The position numbers were made by a program, and so were the translations under genes. Under the pieces are notes generated by a model. That model made no database searches, was not told the DNA's origin, and saw only the letters and a list, made by a program, of their open reading frames with translations. From contig NZ_CP065936.1 in assembly GCF_003367075.2 (NCBI RefSeq), positions 240,001 to 272,000 of the forward strand: DNA of 32,000 bases, written 5' to 3'. The DNA comes from Cylindrospermopsis raciborskii Cr2010 (GTDB lineage: Bacteria; Cyanobacteriota; Cyanobacteriia; Cyanobacteriales; Nostocaceae). Below, piece after piece: positions 22,608 to 32,000 of this stretch; the first letter of the stretch is position 1; each line of letters begins with the position of its first letter.

Positions 22608-23848
22608 AATTCTCCTACTGCTTCCATAGCTGCTTGTAGAGCTAATGAAACATGAGTCCAATGAGTACCACCTTGGCAATATACAATATAAGGCTCCCTT
22701 AACGGACCATCAGCAGATAACTCCAGAGTGCTGCCCTCAATGAAAGTTCCCCCCGCCATAACCACCTGACTTTCATAACCTGGCATAGCATCGGGAACCG
22801 GATCCAAATAGGAACCAACAGGAGAAGACTGTTGAATGGCCTTACAAAAGGCAAGGAGTTTTTTGGCCGAACCCAGTTTAACAGCTTGAATCACATCTCC
22901 CCGGGGTGCTAGGGGTGGGGGATTAACAGGATATCCTAGTTTATCAAATACGTAACCAGTAAGATATGTTCCCTTCATGGCTTCCCCCACCATTTGAGGT
23001 GCTAAAAATAATCCCTGGAATAATAACCGATTTTGATCGAAAGTTGCTCCTCCCGCACTACCAATACCAGGAGCAGTCAGTCTACAAGCTGCTGCTTCCA
23101 CCAGATCAGCTTTGCCCGCTATGTAACCTCCTGCTGTAACAATTGTGCCACCAGGATTTTTTATGAGTGACCCAGCCATCAGATCGGCCCCCACATGGGT
23201 GGGTTCCCTAGTATCAATAAATTCGCCGTAACAGTTATCTACAAAACAGATTGTCCGGGGGTTTTGTTGTTTAACTATCTCAACTACCCTTTTTATTTCA
23301 TCAATAGAAAGACTAGAACGCCAGGAATATCCACAGGATCTTTGAATCAAGACTAACCGGGTGTTTTCCTGGATGGCAGTGCTTAATTTCTGCCAATTTA
23401 TTTTTCCCTGGTCTGTTAGTTCCAGTTGGCGATATTTTATGCCAAAATCAATCAGGGAGCCTTGATTTTGCCCTCGCAAACCAATGACCTCCTCCAGTGT
23501 ATCGTAGGGAGAACCAACCACTGCCAACATCTCATCCCCAGGACGGAGTACCCCATAAAGCGCACAGGCGATCGCGTGAGTACCTGACACAATCTGTACT
23601 CTCACCAAAGCTGACTCAGCTCCCATGACCTGAGCAAAGACTTGATCCAATGTATCCCTTCCTAAATCATCGTGTCCATACCCGCTCACGCCTGCGAAAT
23701 GGTGTGATCCCAGATGATGATCACGAAAGGCGTTCAAGACTCTTTGAAGATTATGCTTGACCTGAGCGTCAATACCATAAAAAATTTCTAATAGTACCCG
23801 TTCTGCTGCTCGCAGCTGTTCTAAGTTGTTCATTGTTTCCTCATTCAA
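22604..23848 (-). CDS. Methionine gamma-lyase family / YnbB (aluminium-resistance-like) PLP protein
   Basis: VRVQIVSGTHAIACALYGVLRPGDEMLAVVGSPYDTLEEVIG, CFVDNCYGEFIDTREPTHVGADLMAGSLIKNPGG and GGTHWTHVSLA match this family. Confidence 0.9.
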   Translation of the reverse strand: MNEETMNNLEQLRAAERVLLEIFYGIDAQVKHNLQRVLNAFRDHHLGSHHFAGVSGYGHDDLGRDTLDQVFAQVMGAESALVRVQIVSGTHAIACALYGVLRPGDEMLAVVGSPYDTLEEVIGLRGQNQGSLIDFGIKYRQLELTDQGKINWQKLSTAIQENTRLVLIQRSCGYSWRSSLSIDEIKRVVEIVKQQNPRTICFVDNCYGEFIDTREPTHVGADLMAGSLIKNPGGTIVTAGGYIAGKADLVEAAACRLTAPGIGSAGGATFDQNRLLFQGLFLAPQMVGEAMKGTYLTGYVFDKLGYPVNPPPLAPRGDVIQAVKLGSAKKLLAFCKAIQQSSPVGSYLDPVPDAMPGYESQVVMAGGTFIEGSTLELSADGPLREPYIVYCQGGTHWTHVSLALQAAMEAVGEF

Positions 23849-23920
23849 AAAAACATTTAAGAATATGCAGATTCTTCAATCGGGCATATTAGTCTGGACA
23901 ATTCCTATCAAGGTTACTGC

Positions 23921-24742
23921 ATGACAATTGCTACTTCAACTAAACATCAAATCAACTGGGTGAACACCCTGTTTTTCATCTTCCTGCACATCGGTGCCCT
24001 ATTTGCTTTTATTCCCGGTAACTTTAGCTGGACAGCAGTTGGTGTGGCATTATTACTCTACTGGGTTACTGGTGGTTTGGGGATTACCCTGGGTTTTCAC
24101 CGTCTGATTACCCATCGTAGTTTTCAAAGTCCAAAATGGTTAGAGTATTTTTTAGCCTTGTGTGGTACTCTTGCTTGCCAAGGAGGTCCTATTGAGTGGG
24201 TAGGAACACATCGTATTCATCATTTACACTCTGACACCCAAGAAGATCCTCATGATTCCAACAAAGGTTTCTGGTGGAGTCATATTGGTTGGTTAATTTT
24301 CCATTCTCCCGCACATGCTCAAATTCCCCGCTTTACAAAAGATATTGCGGAGGACAGAGTTTATCAGTTCTTGCAAAAATATTTCATTCCTATCCAGCTC
24401 TTCCTAGGTCTGTTCCTATTAATGTTAGGCGGATGGTCTTTTGTAGTTTGGGGCATTTTTGCTCGCATAGTTTGGGTTTATCACTGTACATGGCTAGTTA
24501 ATAGTGCTACCCATAAATTTGGATATCGTACTTATCCTGAATCCGGAGATAGGTCGACTAACTGCTGGTGGGTGGCGGTTCTAGTTTTTGGTGAAGGGTG
24601 GCATAATAATCACCATGCCTTTCAGTATTCAGCTCGTCATGGATTGGAATGGTGGGAAATTGACCTAACGTGGATGACCATTCAACTGCTACAAGTTCTG
24701 GGTCTAGCTACAAATATTAAACTAGCGCCGAGAAAAGCGTAA
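23921..24742 (+). CDS. desC: Acyl-lipid delta-9 desaturase
   Basis: GITLGFHRLITHRSF, EWVGTHRIHHLHSDTQEDPHD and EGWHNNHHAF histidine boxes. Confidence 0.92.
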   Translation: MTIATSTKHQINWVNTLFFIFLHIGALFAFIPGNFSWTAVGVALLLYWVTGGLGITLGFHRLITHRSFQSPKWLEYFLALCGTLACQGGPIEWVGTHRIHHLHSDTQEDPHDSNKGFWWSHIGWLIFHSPAHAQIPRFTKDIAEDRVYQFLQKYFIPIQLFLGLFLLMLGGWSFVVWGIFARIVWVYHCTWLVNSATHKFGYRTYPESGDRSTNCWWVAVLVFGEGWHNNHHAFQYSARHGLEWWEIDLTWMTIQLLQVLGLATNIKLAPRKA

Positions 24743-24773
24743 GTGGGTGGGTGGAATTAAACATAAGATCAAC

Positions 24774-24836
24774 GTAGGTTGGGTTGAAGTATGAAACCCA
24801 ACGCCCGCATGGGTCTCGTCCCTCGAACCATCCTAC
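24774..24836. repeat. Inverted-repeat element GTAGGTTGGGTT...AACCCAAC...CCTAC
   Basis: Perfect 8-bp hairpin GTTGGGTT-GAAGTATGA-AACCCAAC (24778-24802), enclosed by outer GTAGG/CCTAC (24774-24836), in the desC-desA intergenic region. Confidence 0.75.
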
Positions 24837-25125
24837 AAATAATTTTGCCTCCCTACTTGAACCATAATTTAGGTCTCATGTCAATAGTTTTGAGGTCATG
24901 AAACTATTGGCTTTTTGTTAGTAAATTTGGATTTTAGCTGGGTTATCAGAAATTTCAGATTTGGGATTTTTGGGATTTTAAATTTGAGAATTTCCCGTTG
25001 AGAATTGTCGTCGAGGGAAAATTAGAAAACGAAAATTAATTTATTTGGTATGGCTATAATATAATTACTTAAAGTGGCAAAAATTAACTTATCTGCTGTA
25101 AAATAATTTTGCCAGCGTATTTACA

Positions 25126-26220
25126 TTGGTTGTTTCTCAGGTGTTCATGACTACATCACTTATTAAAGACCAGGAAAATATCGTTTATCCCACCCTGGGT
25201 GAGGACGAGGTCAAATTCAAACACATTATCAAAAGTCTACCCAAGGAATGTTTTCAGAAGAATAGACGTAAAGCATGGACTACGGCCATCATCAGTTTAA
25301 CCACAGTTGGGTTAGGCTATTATTTTCTGGCAATTTCTCCCTGGTTTCTTTTACCCATAGCATGGATTTTCACGGGGACTGCTTTAACAGGGTTTTTTGT
25401 TATAGGTCATGACTGTGGACATCGTTCCTTTGCTAACCGTCGTTGGGTAAATGACTTGGTTGGGCACCTGTTCATGATGCCTTTAATTTATCCGTTTCAC
25501 AGTTGGAGAATTAAACATAATTACCACCATAAACATACCAATAAACTGGAAGAAGACAATGCGTGGCATCCCATAAGAGTAGAAGTTTTTGCAAATTGGG
25601 GGAAAGTCCGACAGTCCGCATTTGAATTATTCATACGCAAGCGCCTGTGGTGGATAGGTTCTATTGGGCACTGGGCAGTAGTTCATTTTAACCCTGGTAA
25701 ATTCCAGAGAAAAGACCGAGCTAGTGTCAAGTTATCTGTAGGTGTGGTGATAGCTTTTGCCATCATAGTTTTCCCAACATTGATATTCACTACTGGGTTA
25801 TGGGGCTTTATTAAGTTTTGGTTTATCCCCTGGATGGTTTATCATTTTTGGATGAGCACATTTACCATTGTTCACCATACAACCGCAGATGTTCCCTTTA
25901 AAACAGCAGATAAATGGAATGAGGCCTTAGCCCAATTGTTTGGGACAATTCACTGTGATTATCCTCGCTGGGTAGAGATACTCTGTCATGATATCAATGT
26001 TCATGTTCCCCATCATATTTCTACGGCAATTCCTTCCTATAATCTACGGTTAGCTTACAAAAGCATCAAGCAAAATTGGCGACCATTTCTTCATAAAGAA
26101 TGTAAGTTTTCCTGGAATTTAATGAAGAAAATTACTAACGAGTGTCAACTTTATCAAACGGACATTGGTTACATCACCTTTGACGAGTATTACGCCCAAA
26201 AACAACCCACTCGCAAATAA
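25126..26220 (+). CDS. desA: Acyl-lipid delta-12 (omega-6) desaturase
   Basis: [33 protein letters not shown] and [11 protein letters not shown] histidine boxes. ATG alternatives lie downstream of the listed start. Confidence 0.92.
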   Translation: MVVSQVFMTTSLIKDQENIVYPTLGEDEVKFKHIIKSLPKECFQKNRRKAWTTAIISLTTVGLGYYFLAISPWFLLPIAWIFTGTALTGFFVIGHDCGHRSFANRRWVNDLVGHLFMMPLIYPFHSWRIKHNYHHKHTNKLEEDNAWHPIRVEVFANWGKVRQSAFELFIRKRLWWIGSIGHWAVVHFNPGKFQRKDRASVKLSVGVVIAFAIIVFPTLIFTTGLWGFIKFWFIPWMVYHFWMSTFTIVHHTTADVPFKTADKWNEALAQLFGTIHCDYPRWVEILCHDINVHVPHHISTAIPSYNLRLAYKSIKQNWRPFLHKECKFSWNLMKKITNECQLYQTDIGYITFDEYYAQKQPTRK

Positions 26221-26238
26221 CCCCCAAATGAGTTTCAG

Positions 26239-26257
26239 GACAGGCGTTTTGCCTGTC
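26239..26257. repeat. Hairpin in the desA-desB spacer
   Basis: GACAGGC-GTTTT-GCCTGTC, a perfect 7-bp stem. No U-tract follows, so it is not clearly a terminator. Confidence 0.6.
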
Positions 26258-26298
26258 AAATATCCAATTGTGACCTTCATTTAAGAAGAAAAAATCCA

Positions 26299-27378
26299 GT
26301 GCAATTAAAAACTGTTCAATCAAACCAAAATCTTGACATTGAATCTTCTCAAAGTGAAGACAAGTTGCCATTTACTCTTCAAGATTTAAAAGCTGCCATT
26401 CCCCCCGAATGTTTTCAACCCAGTGTACTTAAATCACTGTATTATTTTTTTCGTGATATTGCGATTATCATCGGGTTATATGCACTAGCAACTTATATAG
26501 ACTCCTGGTATTTTTGGCCAGTTTTCTGGATAATGCAAGGCACAATGTTTTGGGCCTTATTTGTTGTTGGTCATGATTGTGGACACCAATCTTTTTCCAA
26601 GTATAAATGGCTAAATGATTTGGTAGGTCATCTTTCTCATATTCCCATTCTCGTACCCTATCATGGTTGGAGAATTAGTCACCGAACTCATCATAAAAAC
26701 ACCGGTAGCTTGGAAAATGACGAGAGTTGGTATCCGTTGAATGAGTCTAGTTATCAAAAATTACCTTTTTTACAAAAGTTAATTCGCTACTATCTGTTTT
26801 TACCACTAGCCTATCCTATTTATTTATTCCAACGTACCCCCGGAAAAAGTGGTTCCCACTTCAATCCTCAAAGTAGTTTGTTTAAACCTTCCGAAAAGGG
26901 AGACATTATTACCAGCACTACCTTATGGATTGCTATGGTAACTTTATTGGGTTTCTTGACCTATCAATGGGGTTGGTTGTGGTTATTGAAATACTATGCT
27001 GCTCCTTATATTGTATTTGTAATTTGGTTGGATTTAGTCACCTATTTACATCATACTGAACAGGACTTACCCTGGTATCGTGGTGAGAATTGGAATTTCC
27101 TAAAGGGTGCAATTTCCACTATTGATAGGGACTATGGAATTTTCAACCACATTCACCATGATATTGGCACCCATGTTGCCCATCATATCTTTTTGAATAT
27201 GCCTCATTATAATTTATTGAAGGCAACAAAAGCGATTAAACCAATTTTAGGTGAATACTATCACCAATCTCAGGTTCCTATTTGGAAAGCATTATTACAT
27301 TCTGCCAAAGTTTGTCATTTTGTTCCCGATCAAGGTGGCCAGGTTTATTACACCTCTTATGGAAGTAATGGCAAGTAA
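26299..27378 (+). CDS. desB: Acyl-lipid omega-3 (delta-15) desaturase (GTG start)
   Basis: VGHDCGHQSFSKYKWLNDLVGHLSHIPILVPYHGWRISHRTHHKNTG, LHHTEQDLPWYRGENWNFLKGA and HVAHHIFLNMPHYNL. Confidence 0.92.
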   Translation: MQLKTVQSNQNLDIESSQSEDKLPFTLQDLKAAIPPECFQPSVLKSLYYFFRDIAIIIGLYALATYIDSWYFWPVFWIMQGTMFWALFVVGHDCGHQSFSKYKWLNDLVGHLSHIPILVPYHGWRISHRTHHKNTGSLENDESWYPLNESSYQKLPFLQKLIRYYLFLPLAYPIYLFQRTPGKSGSHFNPQSSLFKPSEKGDIITSTTLWIAMVTLLGFLTYQWGWLWLLKYYAAPYIVFVIWLDLVTYLHHTEQDLPWYRGENWNFLKGAISTIDRDYGIFNHIHHDIGTHVAHHIFLNMPHYNLLKATKAIKPILGEYYHQSQVPIWKALLHSAKVCHFVPDQGGQVYYTSYGSNGK

Positions 27379-27407
27379 TTGTTAGATTATTGATTTTGTA
27401 GTTTTAG

Positions 27408-27450
27408 CCAGAACGTCAGTCAAAGTTAGTTAGGCGTTCTGGTTTACTTT
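27408..27450. terminator. Probable terminator downstream of desB
   Basis: CCAGAACG...CGTTCTGG (8 bp) followed by TTTACTTT, between convergent desB and modA. Confidence 0.7.
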
Positions 27451-27467
27451 GGGGTTTTTCTTTTTGC

Positions 27468-28283
27468 CTAAGGTACAATAAAACCATATTTTTTAAAAAC
27501 AGTTTTTGACAGATTACTCACTAAAAATTTAGAGAAATTTTTGGCAGCATCAACATTTTTACTTCCCCTAATTATTGCTAACGGATAGATGATGGGAGAA
27601 TGAAATTTTTCATCAGCTACAACCACCACTTTTACCTGTCCAGAAATTTTTGCATCGGTTGCATATACCAATCCCGCATCAGCATTACCACTTTCTACAG
27701 CAGCTAAAACCTGACGTACATTGTTGCCATAAACCAGTTTTGATTTTATATTTGACCAGATTTTCAACTGCTCTAAAACTTGTTTTGCATATTGTCCAGC
27801 AGGTACGCTCCTAGGTTCACCAATAGCAATCCTTTTTACTTTTTCATCTTGAAGACTGTAAAAACTATTGACACCAGAACTATTCTTTGGTGTAATCAAT
27901 ACTAGACGGTTTTTAGCTATGATCACTCTACTCTCAGGAAGTAAGAGGTTCTTTTTTTCTAAAGCATCTACTTGTTTTTTAGCAGCAGATATAAAAATAT
28001 CCACGGATGCTCCCTGTTCTATTTGTTGTTGTAATGGTCCGGAAGCAGCAAAGTTGAAGCTAATGTTCACATTCTTTTGCTCTTTTTGGTATATGGGTTT
28101 AAGTTCGTTTAATACATCTTGCAAACTTCCAGCAGCGGACACCAATAGGTTGGTAGTTGACTGACCTACTGTCCAGTTTGATATACCAATGGCTAGGAAC
28201 ATTGTGATTAGAGCTGTAGCAATTAGTATGGGTAATTTTCTCCATAATATGGTAAAATCAATTTTGGGCAATTTTATTGTCAT
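27468..28283 (-). CDS. modA: Molybdate ABC transporter substrate-binding protein
   Basis: N-terminal TM/signal segment; LLVSAAGSLQDVLNELKPIYQKE, FNFAASGPLQQQIEQGASVDIFISAA, VYGNNVRQVLAAVESGNADAGLVYATDA. Confidence 0.92.
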   Translation of the reverse strand: MTIKLPKIDFTILWRKLPILIATALITMFLAIGISNWTVGQSTTNLLVSAAGSLQDVLNELKPIYQKEQKNVNISFNFAASGPLQQQIEQGASVDIFISAAKKQVDALEKKNLLLPESRVIIAKNRLVLITPKNSSGVNSFYSLQDEKVKRIAIGEPRSVPAGQYAKQVLEQLKIWSNIKSKLVYGNNVRQVLAAVESGNADAGLVYATDAKISGQVKVVVVADEKFHSPIIYPLAIIRGSKNVDAAKNFSKFLVSNLSKTVFKKYGFIVP

Positions 28284-28336
28284 TTCAATTATTACTCCGT
28301 ATTTTTGCTAGACTATATTAGGCTGCGCGACACAGC

Positions 28337-28945
28337 TTATTCTACTGTTGTTAACAAGTTAACCTTCTTATACAATTCCTTCAATGGTAATTTTAGCTTA
28401 ATTGATGCTACATTTAAAACCGCATCTTCCGTTTCATATTCAGTCAAAAACCACTGATTTTCATTATTTTTTACGTATTGCATTACATAATGCCTAGTCT
28501 GATCAATTAAAATATATTCTTTAAATTGGGGAATTGAACGATAATAAAGAAATTTATCTCCCTGATCATAATCTTTTGTGGATTTGGATAAAACCTCAGT
28601 TATTAATAAGGGATTGGTAATTATGGTGGTGTTATTTCCATAATAAATAGGTTCACTCTCAATTACCATCAGGTCGGGATAAGTAAATTGGCGATATTTT
28701 GGTATCCACAGTTTGACATCACTAATATAAACTTCATAGTTTAAGTCATTTAGTGCTAAATTAAGATGGAAATAAAAGTTACCTGCTAGTTTGTTATGAT
28801 TTGTTGTTCCACCAGCCATATTTATAATTTCTCCATTTCTATATTCATTTTTACAATCAGATTTTTCCTCCAGTTCTAAATATTCTTCTGGTGTATAGTG
28901 AGCTGTAACTATTTTGATTTCTTGTGTAATAGTTTCTAGTTTCAT
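28337..28945 (-). CDS. Uma2 family (PD-(D/E)XK-like) protein
   Basis: YTPEEYLELEEKSDCKNEYRNGEIINMAGGTTNHNKLAGNF, KYRQFTYPDLMVI and EVLSKSTKDYDQGDKFLYYRSIPQFKEYILIDQ are hallmark Uma2/DUF820 patterns. Confidence 0.9.
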   Translation of the reverse strand: MKLETITQEIKIVTAHYTPEEYLELEEKSDCKNEYRNGEIINMAGGTTNHNKLAGNFYFHLNLALNDLNYEVYISDVKLWIPKYRQFTYPDLMVIESEPIYYGNNTTIITNPLLITEVLSKSTKDYDQGDKFLYYRSIPQFKEYILIDQTRHYVMQYVKNNENQWFLTEYETEDAVLNVASIKLKLPLKELYKKVNLLTTVE

Positions 28946-28989
28946 ACTTCTTTTGTGGATTAAATTAATGGATACATAAGGATGTAAGG

Positions 28990-29275
28990 TAGTTGGATTT
29001 TTTTGGCTTATAGTGCTAGTATAGCAGTCAAGTTCCGAATTTTCAGCGATCTCCTACAACACAATGACATCAAGCGTTCCAAAGGTAAATTTGACGCTGT
29101 AAAGGAGTTAAGGTATTGGCTACCCCGCATCTGAGGAACACTGCAAAAATATAGGGAGAATGCGGATTATTTATTGAGGTAAATTTATCCGCTAAAGATA
29201 TTTATTCTTTTTGCGTGAAAGCCATTCAAGCAGCAGAAATTCCCATGGAAGAATGGAAAGTGGAAAATGACTAGT
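28990..29275 (+). pseudogene. Decayed coding remnants, family unknown
   Basis: Two open segments without clear starts: WIFLAYSASIAVKFRIFSDLLQHNDIKRSKGKFDAVKELRYWLPRI* and, further on, EVNLSAKDIYSFCVKAIQAAEIPMEEWKVEND*. Composition is protein-like but disrupted. Confidence 0.35.
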
Positions 29276-29426
29276 TAAGATACAATCAAATATGCTGTAA
29301 TTTATCTGTGGTGAACTTTTGTTGAGCAATGTCTAGGAATTTGTTAAGCTATCTAAACTACTCTGGTTTTTTTCACCCCGACCAGTTATTGTCCAAAATA
29401 TGGGAAATGTCAAATTGAGGATATAG

Positions 29427-30914
29427 ATGACCAAAAGATTTTTTTTGACTGGTATCACCCTATTATCACTGGTTTTATTGGGCTTATCCCTATTTGCTAG
29501 TTGGCAAAAACCCCAGTTTCAAAGTATTTTAGAACTATACCAAACCAATATTGTTCTGCAAGCCCAAACCTGGGAAGCGTACAATAGTAATGATAACCAA
29601 TTATCCGAGATTCTGCAAGCAATAGTGGGCGATGGTGCTATACAAAATGCAAATAACCAATATGAAGAAACACGAAACTCTGTACAAAAAAGTATAGATA
29701 AAGCTGAAACAGTTACAAATTCTGTTCAAGAGATCTCAAAAACTAGACTAGAAGAATTATTTAGGTTGCGGGACGAATTAGACCTACAACTGGGAATATT
29801 ACAAGCAAAACAGGGCAATATTAAAACTGCTATCAGCACTTGGAATCAAATCCAACCTAGCGAAAGAACAGAACTCACCAAAACCGCTCAAGTGCTTATT
29901 GGAATATGGAATACCCCCCCTCGATTACTCCCCAATGCTCAACCCCTAATCCAAAAAAATTTGGCAGGTTGGTTTCGCTATACTGCCTTAACCCAATTAT
30001 ATGAAGTTCAGCAACGTCTCAATGCTTTGACAGATCTTCAAGCTGCACAGGAAGTAGTCGCGAAGGAAGCAGTATTTAAACTAGCTATAATCACTGTGGT
30101 TCCTGGATCCATATCTTTGATTGGTATTGTACTACTGATATCCCTGATTATTCAGCGTCTCATCAAAGGTAGGGAATCCATCTTAGCTCAAAATGCCCAA
30201 AGGGTATGGTTAACCCCCTGGAATTTGGAAATAGTCCTTCAAGTGTTTATCGTGGGATTTTTCCTCATGGGACAAGTATTTGTACCCACAATACTCCAAC
30301 TACTACCTATTTCTCCCTATTCAGAAAACCTGCAAATTCAGGCTTTTTCTGTTTTGATTAGTTACATATTAGTATCCTTTGGTGCACTGTCAGTTTTATA
30401 TATTTCCATTAAGCGTTATTTACCCTTACCAGAAGAATGGTTTAAGTTCCGGTTGTTCGATAATTGGTTGTTGTGGGGAATAGGTGGGTACTGTGCAGCA
30501 GTTCCCATCGTGATCATAGTATCACTGATAAATCAAATTTTATGGAAGGGAGAAGGTGGAAGTAATCCTCTCTTACAAATGGCATTGGAAAACAGGGATG
30601 GTGTAGCTTTAGGAATATTTTTCCTCACCGCTGCGATCGCAGCACCTTTGTTTGAGGAATTTTTGTTTCGTGGGTTCTTATTGCCATCCCTTACTTCCCA
30701 TCTACCGGTTTCGTGGGCAATAGTAGTTAGTAGTTTTATATTTGCTATTGCTCACCTGAGTTTATCTGAAATGCTCCCACTGACCGCCTTGGGTATAGTT
30801 TTAGGTGTAGTGTATACCCGGTCTCGTAATCTTTTGGCCCCTATGCTTCTCCATGGACTATGGAATAGTGGTACTTTAGTCAGTTTATTTATTTTGGGTG
30901 GCAGCAATAGTTAG
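29427..30914 (+). CDS. CPBP family intramembrane metalloprotease
   Basis: 495 aa with TM helices; AAIAAPLFEEFLFRGFLLPSL (EExxxR), AIVVSSFIFAIAHLSLSEMLPLTALGIVLGVVYTRSRNLLAPMLLHGLWN. Confidence 0.92.
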   Translation: MTKRFFLTGITLLSLVLLGLSLFASWQKPQFQSILELYQTNIVLQAQTWEAYNSNDNQLSEILQAIVGDGAIQNANNQYEETRNSVQKSIDKAETVTNSVQEISKTRLEELFRLRDELDLQLGILQAKQGNIKTAISTWNQIQPSERTELTKTAQVLIGIWNTPPRLLPNAQPLIQKNLAGWFRYTALTQLYEVQQRLNALTDLQAAQEVVAKEAVFKLAIITVVPGSISLIGIVLLISLIIQRLIKGRESILAQNAQRVWLTPWNLEIVLQVFIVGFFLMGQVFVPTILQLLPISPYSENLQIQAFSVLISYILVSFGALSVLYISIKRYLPLPEEWFKFRLFDNWLLWGIGGYCAAVPIVIIVSLINQILWKGEGGSNPLLQMALENRDGVALGIFFLTAAIAAPLFEEFLFRGFLLPSLTSHLPVSWAIVVSSFIFAIAHLSLSEMLPLTALGIVLGVVYTRSRNLLAPMLLHGLWNSGTLVSLFILGGSNS

Positions 30915-30951
30915 GGACCCATAGCAACACACCTCTATAAGCTTTGCTCCA

Positions 30952-30979
30952 GGGAGATCCACTACCTGGATCCCCTTTT
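30952..30979. terminator. Probable terminator after the CPBP gene
   Basis: GGGaGATCC-ACTACCT-GGATCCCC followed by TTTT: 8 bp with one bulge. Confidence 0.65.
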
Positions 30980-31175
30980 AATAGGCCAAGGTTTCTAAGG
31001 TCTCTCTTAAATACTTTTGCACTTGCTGTTCTAATCGTAAACCTGTTAGCTTTGATTTGCTTTCTAGTTGCCAGCGTTGAAAACCAGAGGTAGTAGAGAT
31101 GGCATATTTTAGGTTTTGCCAAACTTGGTCGTCATAAGTAAGGTCTGGACTCTTAGGTGCCGAAATACGAATCAT
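30978..31175 (-). CDS. Small hypothetical protein (65 aa)
   Basis: MIRISAPKSPDLTYDDQVWQNLKYAISTTSGFQRWQLESKSKLTGLRLEQQVQKYLRETLETLAY; protein-like composition, ATG with weak upstream purines; downstream of infB on the same strand. Confidence 0.6.
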   Translation of the reverse strand: MIRISAPKSPDLTYDDQVWQNLKYAISTTSGFQRWQLESKSKLTGLRLEQQVQKYLRETLETLAY

Positions 31176-31463
31176 AGTTTATCACTCTTCTTCTAAAACT
31201 TATATGTACTGTGTTTAGCTTTTTGTAGTCTACCTACGGTGAAGTAGGATTTAACGGGTATGGCATTACCAAAAGGTAATGGAGGCAAAAATTTTATTTA
31301 ATCTTTTCTCAATATAACCTTCTCCTTCCATTAAATTCTGTGTAACGGATCACTAAAACCCAGAATATATCGGATACTTAACATTAGAAATAATAAGCAG
31401 GTAAGTGCCGGGTTGTAAAAAGGTTGCACCATTTTGTAACCCAGCATCCCAGAACCACAACGC

Positions 31464-32000
31464 CTACTTAGTTAAGGTGAGGGTACGACGTTTAGTTACC
31501 ATTTGATAAGCTTCAATTATATCACCCTCGATCCAATCATGAAACTTTTCAATACCAATACCACATTCGTAGCCAGAGTTCACCTCCCGAACGTCTTCCT
31601 TCATGCGTTTCAGAGAATCCAATACTCCTTCATAGATGACCTTACTATGGCGACGAATTCTCACCTTACAATTACGCACCAGTTTTCCAGATTGAACATA
31701 ACAACCAGCAACTGCACCGCGTCCCACGGGGAAAACAGCACGCACTTCCGTTTGTCCGAGGGGTTCTTCAACTAGCTCCGGTTCTAGCAGACCTTCTAGG
31801 GCACCTTGGATATCTTCCAATAGTTTGTAGATGATATTGTATTCCCTCACATCCACACCTGCTTCGTCAGCTGCCTGTCTAGCACCACTAGCATAAGTAG
31901 TGTTAAAACCAATAATTACTGCATTACTAGCAGCAGCTAGGTCAATATCAGTTTCTGTGATTTCCCCTGCTGTAGCCAACAACAGACGAATTTGTACTTC
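31464..32000 (-). CDS. infB: Translation initiation factor IF-2, C-terminal part (continues past the right edge)
   Basis: [53 protein letters not shown]...[23 protein letters not shown]...[26 protein letters not shown] is the IF-2 domain III/IV sequence. The frame is open to the window end. Confidence 0.96.
   Translation of the reverse strand, partial: EVQIRLLLATAGEITETDIDLAAASNAVIIGFNTTYASGARQAADEAGVDVREYNIIYKLLEDIQGALEGLLEPELVEEPLGQTEVRAVFPVGRGAVAGCYVQSGKLVRNCKVRIRRHSKVIYEGVLDSLKRMKEDVREVNSGYECGIGIEKFHDWIEGDIIEAYQMVTKRRTLTLTK

Noticed and set aside
30889-31122. ORF 30889..31122 (-)
   Set aside because: Overlaps the better candidate 30978..31175 and the terminator region; starts internally and ends in the CPBP gene.

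Overview
This window looks like an ordinary chromosomal segment of a filamentous, Nostocales-like cyanobacterium. The support is the protein set (petH with a CpcD-like linker domain, prk, crtP-crtB, desC-desA-desB, CAAD/Tic20-type proteins) and at least 11 copies of the HIP1 palindrome GCGATCGC. The genus is not assignable from sequence alone; Raphidiopsis/Cylindrospermopsis-like is only a guess. About 27 protein-coding genes are supportable, mostly housekeeping: argG, rpsF, glyA, cinA, a GH3 hydrolase, crtP-crtB, a pcrA/uvrD-type helicase, hom, petH, prk, a bciB-like reductase, a desaturase cluster, modA, and the 3' end of infB. There is one tRNA-Lys(CTT). An unlisted GTG-started glycosyltransferase runs off the left edge. 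I saw no CRISPR array, intact transposase, prophage, recognisable defence island or secondary-metabolite cluster. I did not find a convincing new multi-gene system. The best leads are small: a solo IS200/IS605-type right-end-like hairpin after glyA, a 78-aa ORF with a double-glycine-leader-like N-terminus next to the tRNA, intergenic hairpin repeats, dual translation starts in petH, a long prk/petH intergenic region with a micro-ORF, and a decayed coding remnant beside a Uma2 gene.
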